From the IMG/VR virus record IMGVR_UViG_3300035498_000745, positions 25,799 through 89,798 of that record: DNA of 64,000 bases; one strand, written 5' to 3'. Positions 1 to 9,349 of the stretch are shown here, one piece after another. The notes beneath the pieces are model-generated. The model worked only from the letters and a program-made list of their open reading frames with translations. It did no database searches and was not told where the DNA came from. Made by a program: the position numbers and the translations under genes. The stretch's first letter is position 1; each line of letters begins with the position of its first letter. Origin of the DNA: a virus (taxonomy: Duplodnaviria; Caudoviricetes).

Positions 1-385
1 AGATTATATGTCTTTCTTTAATTTAGGAATCTATATAGAATTTTTACCTCCTAACAAGATTAAATTAGTTTCAGTAAATGGATCATCTGTTACTAGATTT
101 AGATCATTTCCACTAGGAGTATTTATTCAGCATCCATCTAATCTTATGACTATATCACCAACAATGATGAATATATTTGAAGATTTATGTACTGCTGATG
201 TAGCAACTTTCTTATATGAACAGCTTAAACACTTTGATGATACTGAAACCTCATTCCTTACCCTTAGTCTTAAATTAGAGACTATTCAGGATTGGAAAAA
301 TAAAAGGGATGATATTATAAGTAGATTGGATGAAGCTCATACCACTACAGCAAATGAAGATCAGATATTAATTATGACAGTTTAA
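1..385 (+). CDS. 3' part of a hypothetical jumbo-phage protein (probably starts upstream of the window)
   Basis: Frame is open from the window edge to TAA at 385 and is followed by a hairpin terminator; no recognisable motif. Confidence 0.6.
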   Translation, partial: DYMSFFNLGIYIEFLPPNKIKLVSVNGSSVTRFRSFPLGVFIQHPSNLMTISPTMMNIFEDLCTADVATFLYEQLKHFDDTETSFLTLSLKLETIQDWKNKRDDIISRLDEAHTTTANEDQILIMTV

Positions 386-388
386 AAT

Positions 389-413
389 TACAGGTGGGTA
401 AATCCCACCTGTA
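389..413. terminator. Intrinsic terminator-like hairpin between convergent genes
   Basis: Perfect inverted repeat TACAGGTGGG-taaat-CCCACCTGTA. Confidence 0.75.
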
Positions 414-1163
414 TTATCTTTCAGTTGCATTTACTTTGCTAAAGAAAGAACTATTATTTGAATTATTGTAATTATTTCTATTACCATTTTTAGGTAATGA
501 ATTAAATGAAACATAATTAGTTCCATTTTCTGGTCTGCCTAAATATGATAATAATCCTTGAGCTGCAAGATACATATTGAAATTAGATATAAAGTAATTA
601 AACGATAAGAATTTATTCACATCAATAAAAAAATTTACTGCATCACTATTCATATAAAATCTAACTCCAGTTATATAATTACCATTATCATACTTTACCA
701 CCGCAGGTTCTATCTCAATATATTTACCAAATGATATATCTATTTTTTCACTATATGTTTTAGTTGGTACCATTGCTCCATTACTACTTTTGGCAAATAT
801 TGATTTGGCTCCGGTAAACCATTTTGATGCTTTATTCAATTTAAATTGTAAAAAATATATGTCATTCTGTGTAATCTGAATTTGATCTTTGAATCCATTA
901 TTATCTTTCCTTACTGATTCTATCTGTAAGAAATAATCAAAATCTCTGTTTATGCTTACAGCAAATCCATTCTTAGCAGAATATCCAAATTCTTTATGAT
1001 AATTTTCTTTACCTCTATTTTCTGTATATCTATTAAGTCTTACTACAAACTTAACTACCCAATCTTTGTTCAACCAAAATACTGTATCTGAAATACGGTC
1101 ATAATCATTATGAACTATAGTAACCATCTCAGCCATCATAACACCCTCTATCAATACTATCAT
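414..1163 (-). CDS. Hypothetical protein with Asn/Ser-rich C-terminal tail
   Basis: 249-aa ORF; GAGGGTG RBS suggests the true start is near 1139; upstream AACT-N6-TA promoter-like motif. Confidence 0.75.
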   Translation of the reverse strand: MIVLIEGVMMAEMVTIVHNDYDRISDTVFWLNKDWVVKFVVRLNRYTENRGKENYHKEFGYSAKNGFAVSINRDFDYFLQIESVRKDNNGFKDQIQITQNDIYFLQFKLNKASKWFTGAKSIFAKSSNGAMVPTKTYSEKIDISFGKYIEIEPAVVKYDNGNYITGVRFYMNSDAVNFFIDVNKFLSFNYFISNFNMYLAAQGLLSYLGRPENGTNYVSFNSLPKNGNRNNYNNSNNSSFFSKVNATER

Positions 1164-1279
1164 TACTTAAAAGTTTTACACTATATAAAATCAAAAAAAT
1201 AATACTATAGTTAGATGGATTGATCGGGCAAGGATTAACCTTGCCCAAATCCATCAAAGTAGTAGTATGCCGAAAACTG

Positions 1280-2506
1280 TTAATCGTCCTCAAGAGTTAC
1301 AAGAGTAAGATTAACGAAACTGTCAACTTCTTTAAGGTATTCGTCTTTGCTATTATACAATACACGAATATACTTCCCTTCAATGTTAGAGTCGATTCTG
1401 AAGCAGAAATCAAACTCTTCTTTCTGATCTTCAGGAATTTCGATCTCCGTCATAAATATATTCTTTTTTGTACATTTAGCATCCCATTCTTTTAACGCTT
1501 TAGATACGGCTCCATTTGTAAGTAACCAGAGAAGGCAATCTACCTGTTCTCTGGTTGTACCATTATGCCTTCCTTTGATAAACTTATAATGTTTATTCAA
1601 TTTATTAACTCTCTTATCAAGAGTTGCTCCAGGCATTGGATCCTTCCTTTTTGCATTGGTAGGATTGTAGTTTGAATAATTAAGTTTACCAATATTTCCA
1701 TATTGTTGTGGTGCAAACTGCTTAATTGGTGCCGGATAATATGGATTACCGAATGCATCATACATAACCTGCTGCTGATACTGCTGTGGTACAGGCTGCT
1801 GCTGACATGAATTAGCATGTTCATGATGATGGTGTCCGCAGCATGGATTTACATGCGCAGACTGCTGTGGAGGATTATTATCTTCTCTAACAATGAAGTT
1901 ATTGATATTAAATCCTAATCCTCCTAAATCCTTGTTAGCACTGGAATTCTGATGTACCGTATTAATCACCTGATCAATACTAGGATTGCTTACAGGCTGT
2001 TCAACAACGGCTTCTTTTTCTTTAGATGGTTCCTGCTTGGACTGTTGCTTTTTAAGCGGCTCATCCTTCTTCTTAGAAGTTTCTGCCTTGTTAGTTTCAT
2101 CCTTCTTAGGCTGATCCTTTGGAGCACTGTCAACAATCAATTTAACTGTTCCCTGATTATTTGTCCCCTCATTATACTGATTCTCTAAAGACTTATCAGT
2201 AATCAATTTAACTGTTCCCTGATTATTAGATTCTTCTTCCATAAATGAAAGAACAGAATAAACAATGTTGCAAAATTCTGATAAGCTAATAACTCGTACA
2301 TTCTCCAGTTGTTTATCAAGACATGCAAATGCATCAACGATATCAACACCATTCTTTAATGCATTATTGATACTGAAAGCTACAGAAGCAATATTTAATT
2401 TACCTTCTCTATAACTATCCTGTACTTCATCTGCAAACTGGACATTTGCGTTGCTAAATCTTAATGTTGCACTCTTTGCAATATCTACTACATTTTCTTT
2501 TCTCAT
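1280..2506 (-). CDS. Hypothetical protein with long disordered centre (duplicated NNQGTVKLI, Cys/His cluster, Q/Y/P-rich module)
   Basis: 408-aa ORF with AGGAGG RBS; 27-nt direct repeat near 2135 and 2201; CCGHHHHEH; Q/Y/P segment shared with the 63050..63988 gene. Confidence 0.85.
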   Translation of the reverse strand: MRKENVVDIAKSATLRFSNANVQFADEVQDSYREGKLNIASVAFSINNALKNGVDIVDAFACLDKQLENVRVISLSEFCNIVYSVLSFMEEESNNQGTVKLITDKSLENQYNEGTNNQGTVKLIVDSAPKDQPKKDETNKAETSKKKDEPLKKQQSKQEPSKEKEAVVEQPVSNPSIDQVINTVHQNSSANKDLGGLGFNINNFIVREDNNPPQQSAHVNPCCGHHHHEHANSCQQQPVPQQYQQQVMYDAFGNPYYPAPIKQFAPQQYGNIGKLNYSNYNPTNAKRKDPMPGATLDKRVNKLNKHYKFIKGRHNGTTREQVDCLLWLLTNGAVSKALKEWDAKCTKKNIFMTEIEIPEDQKEEFDFCFRIDSNIEGKYIRVLYNSKDEYLKEVDSFVNLTLVTLEDD

Positions 2507-2582
2507 TTTATTTTCCTCCTTTTTAATAATGCATACTACTTTATTACTCCTATATTATACAATTAAAAATAATATTATTAAT

Positions 2583-4103
2583 TCATTTTTTAAACACTGG
2601 CATACACATTACTTTCTTAACTTTGTACTTATCCCTTATAACAGCAGCTCTTTCTTGTATATCTATATCTGGCATTGCTACATCTCTACATGATTTAGCA
2701 TATGTAGAGAATACAGGTTTCTTAGCAGAATAGTATCTTTTAGTAAAATAGAATCCTTGATCTACTAAATCAAAATAGAAAGTATCATTAGCTCTACATC
2801 TACCAAGAGTTTGTCTTGCTAATACAGAAGACTTAAATGGTTCAGCTAAATTTATAGTACAACACAAGTCTGCTATATCTTGAGCAGCACCGCAAGATTT
2901 AGTTGTAGATAATATGATCTTCTTATACAAATTTAACTCTTTAGTTTCTTTTTCAGATAAACTAGTATACACCCCCACGCTATTAACTAAAAATGGGAAA
3001 TCTTGAATTATGTGATCTCTAACTCTCATAATGCCTGCGTTGGTGCCTATATAAATAAGAATCTTGCCATTCATCGGTAAAACCATTTCTATTAATATAG
3101 TTACCATATCTAAAAACATAGGTCTATTTACTATATAATCAACATATCTATTTCTATCAAATCCATAAGCATTCTTACATTTATTTATATCCATAGGTGA
3201 TGGGTGTGAATTAAAATGGAAAGCTACATAATTAACATGTGGATCAGTATCTTCATTAAATAAGACTATAGATGGAATATTTTTAAAATATAATTGATAG
3301 ATACTATTCTCATCTTCATTAGATCTTTCTGGTGTAGCGGTAAGATATATAGTCTTCTTTGTATTTGAATGGTAATCAATTTTTGACATGTTATCGAAAT
3401 ACAAATGAGCCTCATCAAATACTTTTAATGAGCATTTTAAATACTTAAAAAACTCATCTACTTTATCCCATCCATTCTTATCTCCATAAGATTTTATAGT
3501 AGAATGAGAAACTAAGAATATTTGATAATCTAATGGATTTCTACATTGTAATTTGGATATAGATCCTGCTCCAGAAACAGTAAATATCTGATTATCATTC
3601 AATGGAGTATACTCTAATATTCTAGCTCTCCATTGATCTAACCAATTTAATGAGCTAGTAATAATTATAGCTCTAGCTCCAGTAAAACATATTGCTCCTA
3701 CAGTGACAAATGTTTTACCAGATCCAGTTGATGAATTTACTGACAATTGGGATTTAGTTCTTGTATATATATATTTACCATCACCAATTAAGAACTTTAA
3801 TATCTCTACTTGTCTATCATCTTTAGTAAGATACTTTATAGGTATAGGTTCAGTATCCACATATGGATCACATTGTTTATCAACAATAGCATTGCAGCAA
3901 AACATATTCTCCAAATAACCAATATCTAATCCTCTTGGAACTATAAGTTTTCTTTTTTCATCATCATATTCAATAAATCGTATAAATGATGTATGTCTTA
4001 ATTTATCATATACTGAAAAACAATATTCTAACCTTGGGCAATCTCCCATGTCATAATTATTTATTTCTATTCTAGAATGTTTTAATACTACTTTATTTTG
4101 CAT
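2583..4103 (-). CDS. Superfamily 2 DExH helicase (UvsW / phiKZ gp75-like)
   Basis: Walker A STGSGKT, DEAH, motif III TATP, motif VI QTLGRCR; lies next to an RNAP beta' C-terminal subunit as in phiKZ-like phages. Confidence 0.9.
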   Translation of the reverse strand: MQNKVVLKHSRIEINNYDMGDCPRLEYCFSVYDKLRHTSFIRFIEYDDEKRKLIVPRGLDIGYLENMFCCNAIVDKQCDPYVDTEPIPIKYLTKDDRQVEILKFLIGDGKYIYTRTKSQLSVNSSTGSGKTFVTVGAICFTGARAIIITSSLNWLDQWRARILEYTPLNDNQIFTVSGAGSISKLQCRNPLDYQIFLVSHSTIKSYGDKNGWDKVDEFFKYLKCSLKVFDEAHLYFDNMSKIDYHSNTKKTIYLTATPERSNEDENSIYQLYFKNIPSIVLFNEDTDPHVNYVAFHFNSHPSPMDINKCKNAYGFDRNRYVDYIVNRPMFLDMVTILIEMVLPMNGKILIYIGTNAGIMRVRDHIIQDFPFLVNSVGVYTSLSEKETKELNLYKKIILSTTKSCGAAQDIADLCCTINLAEPFKSSVLARQTLGRCRANDTFYFDLVDQGFYFTKRYYSAKKPVFSTYAKSCRDVAMPDIDIQERAAVIRDKYKVKKVMCMPVFKK

Positions 4104-4161
4104 TATACCTCACCTCTCAGTATTAGTCATTATTATTAAGTCTGTATAGTGATAAAAAATA

Positions 4162-4193
4162 ATAAACTGTGGGAATTATATCCCACAGTTTAT
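4162..4193 (-). terminator. Intrinsic terminator hairpin
   Basis: ATAAACTGTGGGA-loop-TCCCACAGTTTAT, followed by a T-rich run on the minus strand. Confidence 0.75.
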
Positions 4194-4204
4194 CATCTGT
4201 TAAA

Positions 4205-6394
4205 TTATTTTGCCTCGTTTTTATCTACAATTTTAACCATATCAATGGTTTTAGCGTAATCTCTAATATTAACATCTTCTTCATCTACTAAAATATCTTC
4301 CTGCATATATACCTGTGGCTGTTCATGGAAGAATAGATCGAAGAATGATGGTGCGTTCTTAGTAAATGTTAATGGGTTATACAATACTTTATTGAGATCT
4401 TTATAAAGTAATGATACAATAACGCTAGGATTATTTGTAAGTGCTTGATTAAGTGTAAGAATCCTATACTGAGCATTAGGATCATTCCAATTTGGTTTCC
4501 TCAAAATGTCATCTTTGCTAACAATTTGATTAGCCAAAATAACCTCAAGATGAATAGCATCAACATCAAGATTTCCTTCAATTACTAAATCGACTATAGA
4601 CTGTAATGCTTCATCTTTAGTCATATTCCCAGTAATATCAGATTTGTTAAGTATATTGATAATACCATCCATTGTCTTGGAGATCTCACTGTTATTGATT
4701 TTGATATAAAATAATGGTTCATCCTGTAAAGAATCTAAAGGAATATTTACTTTATTATCATCATTCTTAGCTTTTCTTCTAATAATAGAATTAAGCTCGT
4801 TAGAGATATATAAAGACTCATCAGATTCAGAACCAAATTTTACCATATTACCATTAGGATATTTGATATAGAAATGAGTTATATACTCATTATAAGTAAT
4901 ACTGTCTTCAGCATCAATCTTATTTCCGTCATCATCATACTTAACAGTATCTTCTTCATCATTAACTAAGTTTACATCATCTGGATCTATAATCATTGTA
5001 TATTTTCTAAGATCTGGAATACTGTCTTCTAAGTCGCTTATAAGACTAATACTATTTATATCAATCTCAAATAACTGGTCGAATTCTTTATTCCACTTAG
5101 TAACAATAATTTTAGTTTCCAAAAGATGCTTAGCTGATAACAAAGTTTGTGTAAGCATTGATGATAAGATCTCAGCTGCAATCTTGCCGACATTGATGTC
5201 TCTATTAGTCCAATATAGATCACCATAACATTTTCTACAAATACCATGACCAGAAGATAAACTGGCACATGTCATTGGAGAGTGTAAGAAGATAGTCTTC
5301 CCTATGAGAGAAGTATCTTTATCATCTAAGATATGATCCATTCCAAAAGGATTATATCTGAAATTACGATTCTTAACCATGCTAAGATGTTTAGCCGTCT
5401 TTATCTCAAATCTGATAAAGTGTCTAGACATACACTGATATGTTTCTATTGGATTAAGTATGGTGTCTGTATTATTTAATCCAAGTAATCTAGCAATGTC
5501 TCCAGAGTTTCCTACATTGATTTTCGATAACTTCTGAGCAGTTCTTGCAGTTGATGATTCAATATAGAAAGCTACAGGTTCATTAACACCTCCATTGCTA
5601 AATGATTTATTTATAATATATGGGTATACAGTATCATATACTGATTTGGTTCCAATATTAATTCTAGACTCTTTATACTGTCTAGGATTGATTGCCTCGG
5701 ATGCTCTGAATGAATTCGTTAACCCATGCTCATAGCCAATATACTTTTTAGAATTCTTTATGATTTCAATAGTTCTATCTGCTATAGCCTGACCAGCATC
5801 CTTAACATCATTGATAGGTACATTTGCAAATGATGTATGCATAAGATCATAATACTCAGGACATGCTTCCATGAGAGCAATATCATCTTCATTATTAATA
5901 GTATTTGCTAAATAATATGCAAACGGCTCTATCTGTGAGAAGTTCCAAGTTCCATCAGCAATAATATTATTAAGTTCATAATTGCCGATACTAATCTTGT
6001 TATCTATTGTAAGCACATAATCATCTATAAACTGTTTGATATTTTTGCGCTTTAATTCAGGAGACCAAAATATATTACGTGGACTGATCTTGCCATTGGT
6101 TTTTAAGATCATACTCCACATGAATAAACAATACCAATAATCTATGAATGATAATTCGCACCAAACATCTCCTCCCCAAGATATAGTAATCTTGGTATCA
6201 TGTACATAGTCTGTTTCGATACCATCTTTTAATATATTGCTTATACCAATAATATGGTCATCAATATTAGATGCAGTAATATCATTTGGCACCATAATTG
6301 CAATGGCGCTATATTTACTTACAGCATCTCCGTAAATAAAATAGTTCTTATAATTTTGTAGTGGCTTATACTCCACTATATTAGTTTCTGCCAT
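4205..6394 (-). CDS. Multisubunit phage RNA polymerase beta' C-terminal subunit (non-virion type)
   Basis: Bridge-helix-like NVGNSGDIARLL, Zn-binding SPMTC...GICRKCYG, trigger-loop-like TQTLLSAKH, and HLEVIL. Confidence 0.85.
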   Translation of the reverse strand: MAETNIVEYKPLQNYKNYFIYGDAVSKYSAIAIMVPNDITASNIDDHIIGISNILKDGIETDYVHDTKITISWGGDVWCELSFIDYWYCLFMWSMILKTNGKISPRNIFWSPELKRKNIKQFIDDYVLTIDNKISIGNYELNNIIADGTWNFSQIEPFAYYLANTINNEDDIALMEACPEYYDLMHTSFANVPINDVKDAGQAIADRTIEIIKNSKKYIGYEHGLTNSFRASEAINPRQYKESRINIGTKSVYDTVYPYIINKSFSNGGVNEPVAFYIESSTARTAQKLSKINVGNSGDIARLLGLNNTDTILNPIETYQCMSRHFIRFEIKTAKHLSMVKNRNFRYNPFGMDHILDDKDTSLIGKTIFLHSPMTCASLSSGHGICRKCYGDLYWTNRDINVGKIAAEILSSMLTQTLLSAKHLLETKIIVTKWNKEFDQLFEIDINSISLISDLEDSIPDLRKYTMIIDPDDVNLVNDEEDTVKYDDDGNKIDAEDSITYNEYITHFYIKYPNGNMVKFGSESDESLYISNELNSIIRRKAKNDDNKVNIPLDSLQDEPLFYIKINNSEISKTMDGIINILNKSDITGNMTKDEALQSIVDLVIEGNLDVDAIHLEVILANQIVSKDDILRKPNWNDPNAQYRILTLNQALTNNPSVIVSLLYKDLNKVLYNPLTFTKNAPSFFDLFFHEQPQVYMQEDILVDEEDVNIRDYAKTIDMVKIVDKNEAK

Positions 6395-6439
6395 ATTAAA
6401 TCACTCCTTTACATATACTTTACTTACTTCTTCCATATA

Positions 6440-6447
6440 ATAATATA
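6440..6447 (-). promoter_or_regulatory. TATATTAT early-type promoter motif (copies at 9312+, 41264-, 45847-, 51998-, 58744-)
   Basis: The same octamer recurs just upstream of RNAP, DNA polymerase and gyrA starts; resembles the AT-rich early promoters of phiKZ/AR9 virion RNAP. Confidence 0.6.
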
Positions 6448-6518
6448 CAACAGAAATCAAATTTTGTCAGTATATATTATATTAAATTGTTTCAGCACAT
6501 ATAAAAACGAAAAGATTT

Positions 6519-6541
6519 CCCGGTAGCATCTAGCTACCGGG
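6519..6541 (-). terminator. Intrinsic terminator ending the large ncRNA unit
   Basis: CCCGGTAGC-loop-GCTACCGGG, followed by a T-rich tail on the minus strand. Confidence 0.7.
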
Positions 6542-7520
6542 GTCAAGGAGATTTTTGGTAACAAAACTACTTATTAAATAAGTTGGGGAAATTTGTTAAA
6601 CAAAAATAAAGAAAAACAAATTCTACTAGTTTACATCTGATCATTTTTGATGACAGCAACTTAACTTGTAGATATAATGTAGCCTCCTGCCTGCTACTTA
6701 CCGGTAGCTATACTAACACCTCTTGAGATTCATTACTGACTACTGGGTCTATGACCTATCTCAATTAGCTACCCCATAATCGGTATCGTTATCCGATCAA
6801 CGTCAATCCTTAATTAATTCGCTTGCTGTACGAAACTACTCGTCAGGAACATAGAAAAATTCTATGCTATTCCATTGATCATCCTAACTGTAGGCTGGAT
6901 TCTCACCAGCAGCAGAAATGAAAACGGTATATTGTAAAGGCACGAAGTAAATATACCAAATCGTTACTACATTCACGTTCGGGGTTGGGGTTATGACCGC
7001 AAATGCAGTAACGAAGTACTTGTAAACGCTGTAACACATCTACAAGTAAAGCAATAGCAAAAAGGTAATCGTTACTACATTCACACTCGGGTTGGGGGTT
7101 GAGCATAAATGCAGTAACGAAATACTTGTAAACGCTATGACACGCCTACAAGTAAAAACTAGAATATTATCGCGATTTATCTAGATAGCTATGCGTTGCT
7201 ACATCTCAGTTTTTAAATCCATAAACTTTAACCGGTTCACAATCTACAAACCATAGATAACAGGAGAAGCAAGCCATCAAAGAACACCCATTATCCATAT
7301 TTTATGGATCATATTCTGAACGCCAGTCTTCTCGTAACTGACAACGCCTGTTCGATATATCAACAAGAAACTTCACCCTTAATTTACGCCGGTTACTGCA
7401 CAGGTTGTTATTCCTTTTTATATTCCCTACATATGTAGGGATGAATCAATGAAAAAAGAGAGACTGCTCGCCCGCCCGCATGTCCGACATCACACATATA
7501 GTTTTGGGTTTCTATATGCG
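6542..7520 (-). ncRNA. Candidate large structured non-coding RNA, class unassigned
   Basis: About 1 kb with no credible ORF, visibly GC-richer than the flanks, many hairpins whose mismatches become G-U pairs on the minus strand, own promoter-like motif (7619..7630) and terminator. Confidence 0.7.
6959..7156 (-). repeat. Tandem duplication (~90 nt x2) of a two-hairpin module with C-rich loops
   Basis: Copies at 6959..7050 and 7067..7156; stems TCGTTACTGCATT/AATGTAGTAACGA and TACTTGTA/TACAAGTA; most differences between copies preserve pairing. Confidence 0.9.
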
Positions 7521-7522
7521 GA

Positions 7523-7592
7523 ATACTTAATTAGGATTCGAACCTAGAAACTAATATTTATTATTCCATGCATCCTTTAGCATGATTAAGTA
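7523..7592 (-). ncRNA. tRNA-like element (degenerate cloverleaf)
   Basis: 7-bp acceptor-like stem TACTTAA/TTAAGTA, D-like arm CATGC-TAAAGGAT-GCATG, canonical T-arm TAGG-TTCGAAT-CCTA; anticodon arm short and AU-only; no encoded CCA. Confidence 0.6.
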
Positions 7593-7618
7593 ATTTTAAT
7601 TAGAATAATTATTTCCAC

Positions 7619-7630
7619 TACATACTTGTT
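7619..7630 (-). promoter_or_regulatory. AACA-N6-TA late-type promoter motif driving the ncRNA unit
   Basis: AACA-agtatg-TA; exact matches also at 8602-, 9249-, 21842+, 27259-, 30556+, 33593-; matches the AR9 non-virion RNAP promoter consensus. Confidence 0.65.
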
Positions 7631-7732
7631 ATAGTAGTGGTAAAAAAATATTACGGAGGATTTTACTCCTCCGTAAATACCTTAAAATAAAGTGGCTAGT
7701 TTATTTCTTGGCTTCATTGAGTTATTGTTGCC

Positions 7733-8551
7733 CTACTTAGATGTTAGTAATGATTTTATCTTTTTATAACTTGCATTACCATAAATTCCATCCTGAGTAA
7801 GACCATACTTTTTCTGGAATGCTTTTAATGCAGTCTCAGTCTTAGCTCCAAATGAACCATCCACACTAATACCAGAATTCATTACATAATTTAAATCATG
7901 CTGAAGTAATGTAACCTGTGCTCCACTAGAACCTTTCTTTAAAGTTGGTTTAGCTGCATCAGGAGCGATGCTCTTAGAAGAATTTGTTTTTGTATTTGAT
8001 TCTAAAGTAGATGAAGAATCATACTTTGGTCTACCATAGCCAGCAATTCTACTATAAGTAAGAAGATACTGTTTCTTTGCAACACAACCGCCATTTGCTA
8101 CAACTCCAGCACCAGAAGATGTATTACCTTCAATAGTATATATAGATATAGAATCAACTTTATATACTAATCCTGTATGACAAATCTTTCCTGAAGAATT
8201 CTTAAAGAATACCTGATCACCAATCTTTGGATTACTAGTATACCAAGCATTTTTCTTCTTATACATATCAGCAGACGCTATAGTATAATCATTAAAATCT
8301 CCAGCAAGAAGTTTCTTAGCATTAGTAATACCATATGCTTTATAAAAACACCAATCAACAAAACAATCACACCAGAATGCTGGGTAATCCATTACTGAAG
8401 GATAAATCTGATGCATCTCTTTTCCATATTTAGTATAATTCTTATCACCTGCATTGGCTGTCTTATCATATAGATCTTTGTCGCTTTCTTTTTCAAGATA
8501 ACCAACTTCTGCTTCAGCAATTTTTATAACTTTATTTACAGTATTAGCCAT
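7733..8551 (-). CDS. Endolysin: CHAP-type amidase/peptidase plus C-terminal PG_binding_1 domain
   Basis: WCDCFVDW, HTGLV and TIEGNT motifs; C-terminal LKKGSSGAQVTLLQ...DGSFG...FQKKYGLTQDGIYG. Confidence 0.9.
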   Translation of the reverse strand: MANTVNKVIKIAEAEVGYLEKESDKDLYDKTANAGDKNYTKYGKEMHQIYPSVMDYPAFWCDCFVDWCFYKAYGITNAKKLLAGDFNDYTIASADMYKKKNAWYTSNPKIGDQVFFKNSSGKICHTGLVYKVDSISIYTIEGNTSSGAGVVANGGCVAKKQYLLTYSRIAGYGRPKYDSSSTLESNTKTNSSKSIAPDAAKPTLKKGSSGAQVTLLQHDLNYVMNSGISVDGSFGAKTETALKAFQKKYGLTQDGIYGNASYKKIKSLLTSK

Positions 8552-8694
8552 ATTATTATACCTCCTTTAAAGATTAAATAAAAATATAGCGTTATTGCTA
8601 TTAATTTAGTGTTGTTTATTTGAGCGAAGTATTTGCGGTAGGATAAACCCTACCGCTTTACTCCAGCAATTTATTAAAAGTAAATTAATTTATT

Positions 8695-9198
8695 TTACAT
8701 CTTAATCATTGGAAGTGCAGGCATCTTACGCATTGCTTTAATGTGCTGCTTCTGGCTTCTCTTTGCTACAAGACCAGCCTTATTACCATACTTCTTAAAG
8801 ATTGCATTACGAAGCTTACGCTCCTTAACTCTATTAAGAGCTAACTGATGGAATAATGGATCATTCTTTTCCTTAGCAATTACGATAGATGCTAAGTGAG
8901 CTCTACGTGTCAAATCATCATCCTTATTAAGACGAACGTATGTCTTTTTACTCATCTTTCTAGCTTCATCTAATTTCTGTAACTGACCTGACTCCATGAA
9001 GTTATTTAATGCTTCCTCTCCGCCATCAAAGTATACCACAGATTCAAGAGCTGACTGCATCATAATATTCTCTACATCTGATGCGATAGCTTCGATACCT
9101 TCTGGGGTATCCGGATCTTTATTAAGTACTTTATCTAATTCATCTGAAACTGGGTTGGACATGCCAGCACCACACTCATCTTCTTTTAAAAAAATCAT
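8695..9198 (-). CDS. Putative internal head protein (acidic N-terminus, basic C-terminus)
   Basis: 167 aa, RBS and late promoter motif; several hydrophobic-x-E sites (ALES, FMES, LDEA) precede a K/R-rich domain. Confidence 0.6.
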   Translation of the reverse strand: MIFLKEDECGAGMSNPVSDELDKVLNKDPDTPEGIEAIASDVENIMMQSALESVVYFDGGEEALNNFMESGQLQKLDEARKMSKKTYVRLNKDDDLTRRAHLASIVIAKEKNDPLFHQLALNRVKERKLRNAIFKKYGNKAGLVAKRSQKQHIKAMRKMPALPMIKM

Positions 9199-9349
9199 AT
9201 TTAATTTTCCTCCTTATAATTTTATTTATAATTCTCAGCTGAATTATTTACTAAGATGTTGTTAGCTGAGGTTTATGATTTTTTATTCGAGCTTAAACTT
9301 TGAAGTAATCATATATTATAATTATGAATAAAAAGAAAGGAGATTTTAT

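Noticed and set aside
6815-6850. Hammerhead-like CTGACGA on the minus strand
   Set aside because: No correctly placed GAAA and closing stems could be found.
6903-7106. 67-aa ORF with repeated NPxPExECSND peptide
   Set aside because: No RBS; the peptide repeat is a by-product of the duplicated RNA hairpin module.
6959-7156. Possible CRISPR array or telomerase-template-like CCCCAA repeat
   Set aside because: Only two long copies without unique spacers; no cas or reverse transcriptase gene in the window; the CCCCAA similarity is too short to mean anything alone.
7523-7592. Functional tRNA or tmRNA
   Set aside because: Anticodon arm is not canonical, no CCA, and no Ala-type acceptor stem or tag reading frame; kept only as tRNA-like.
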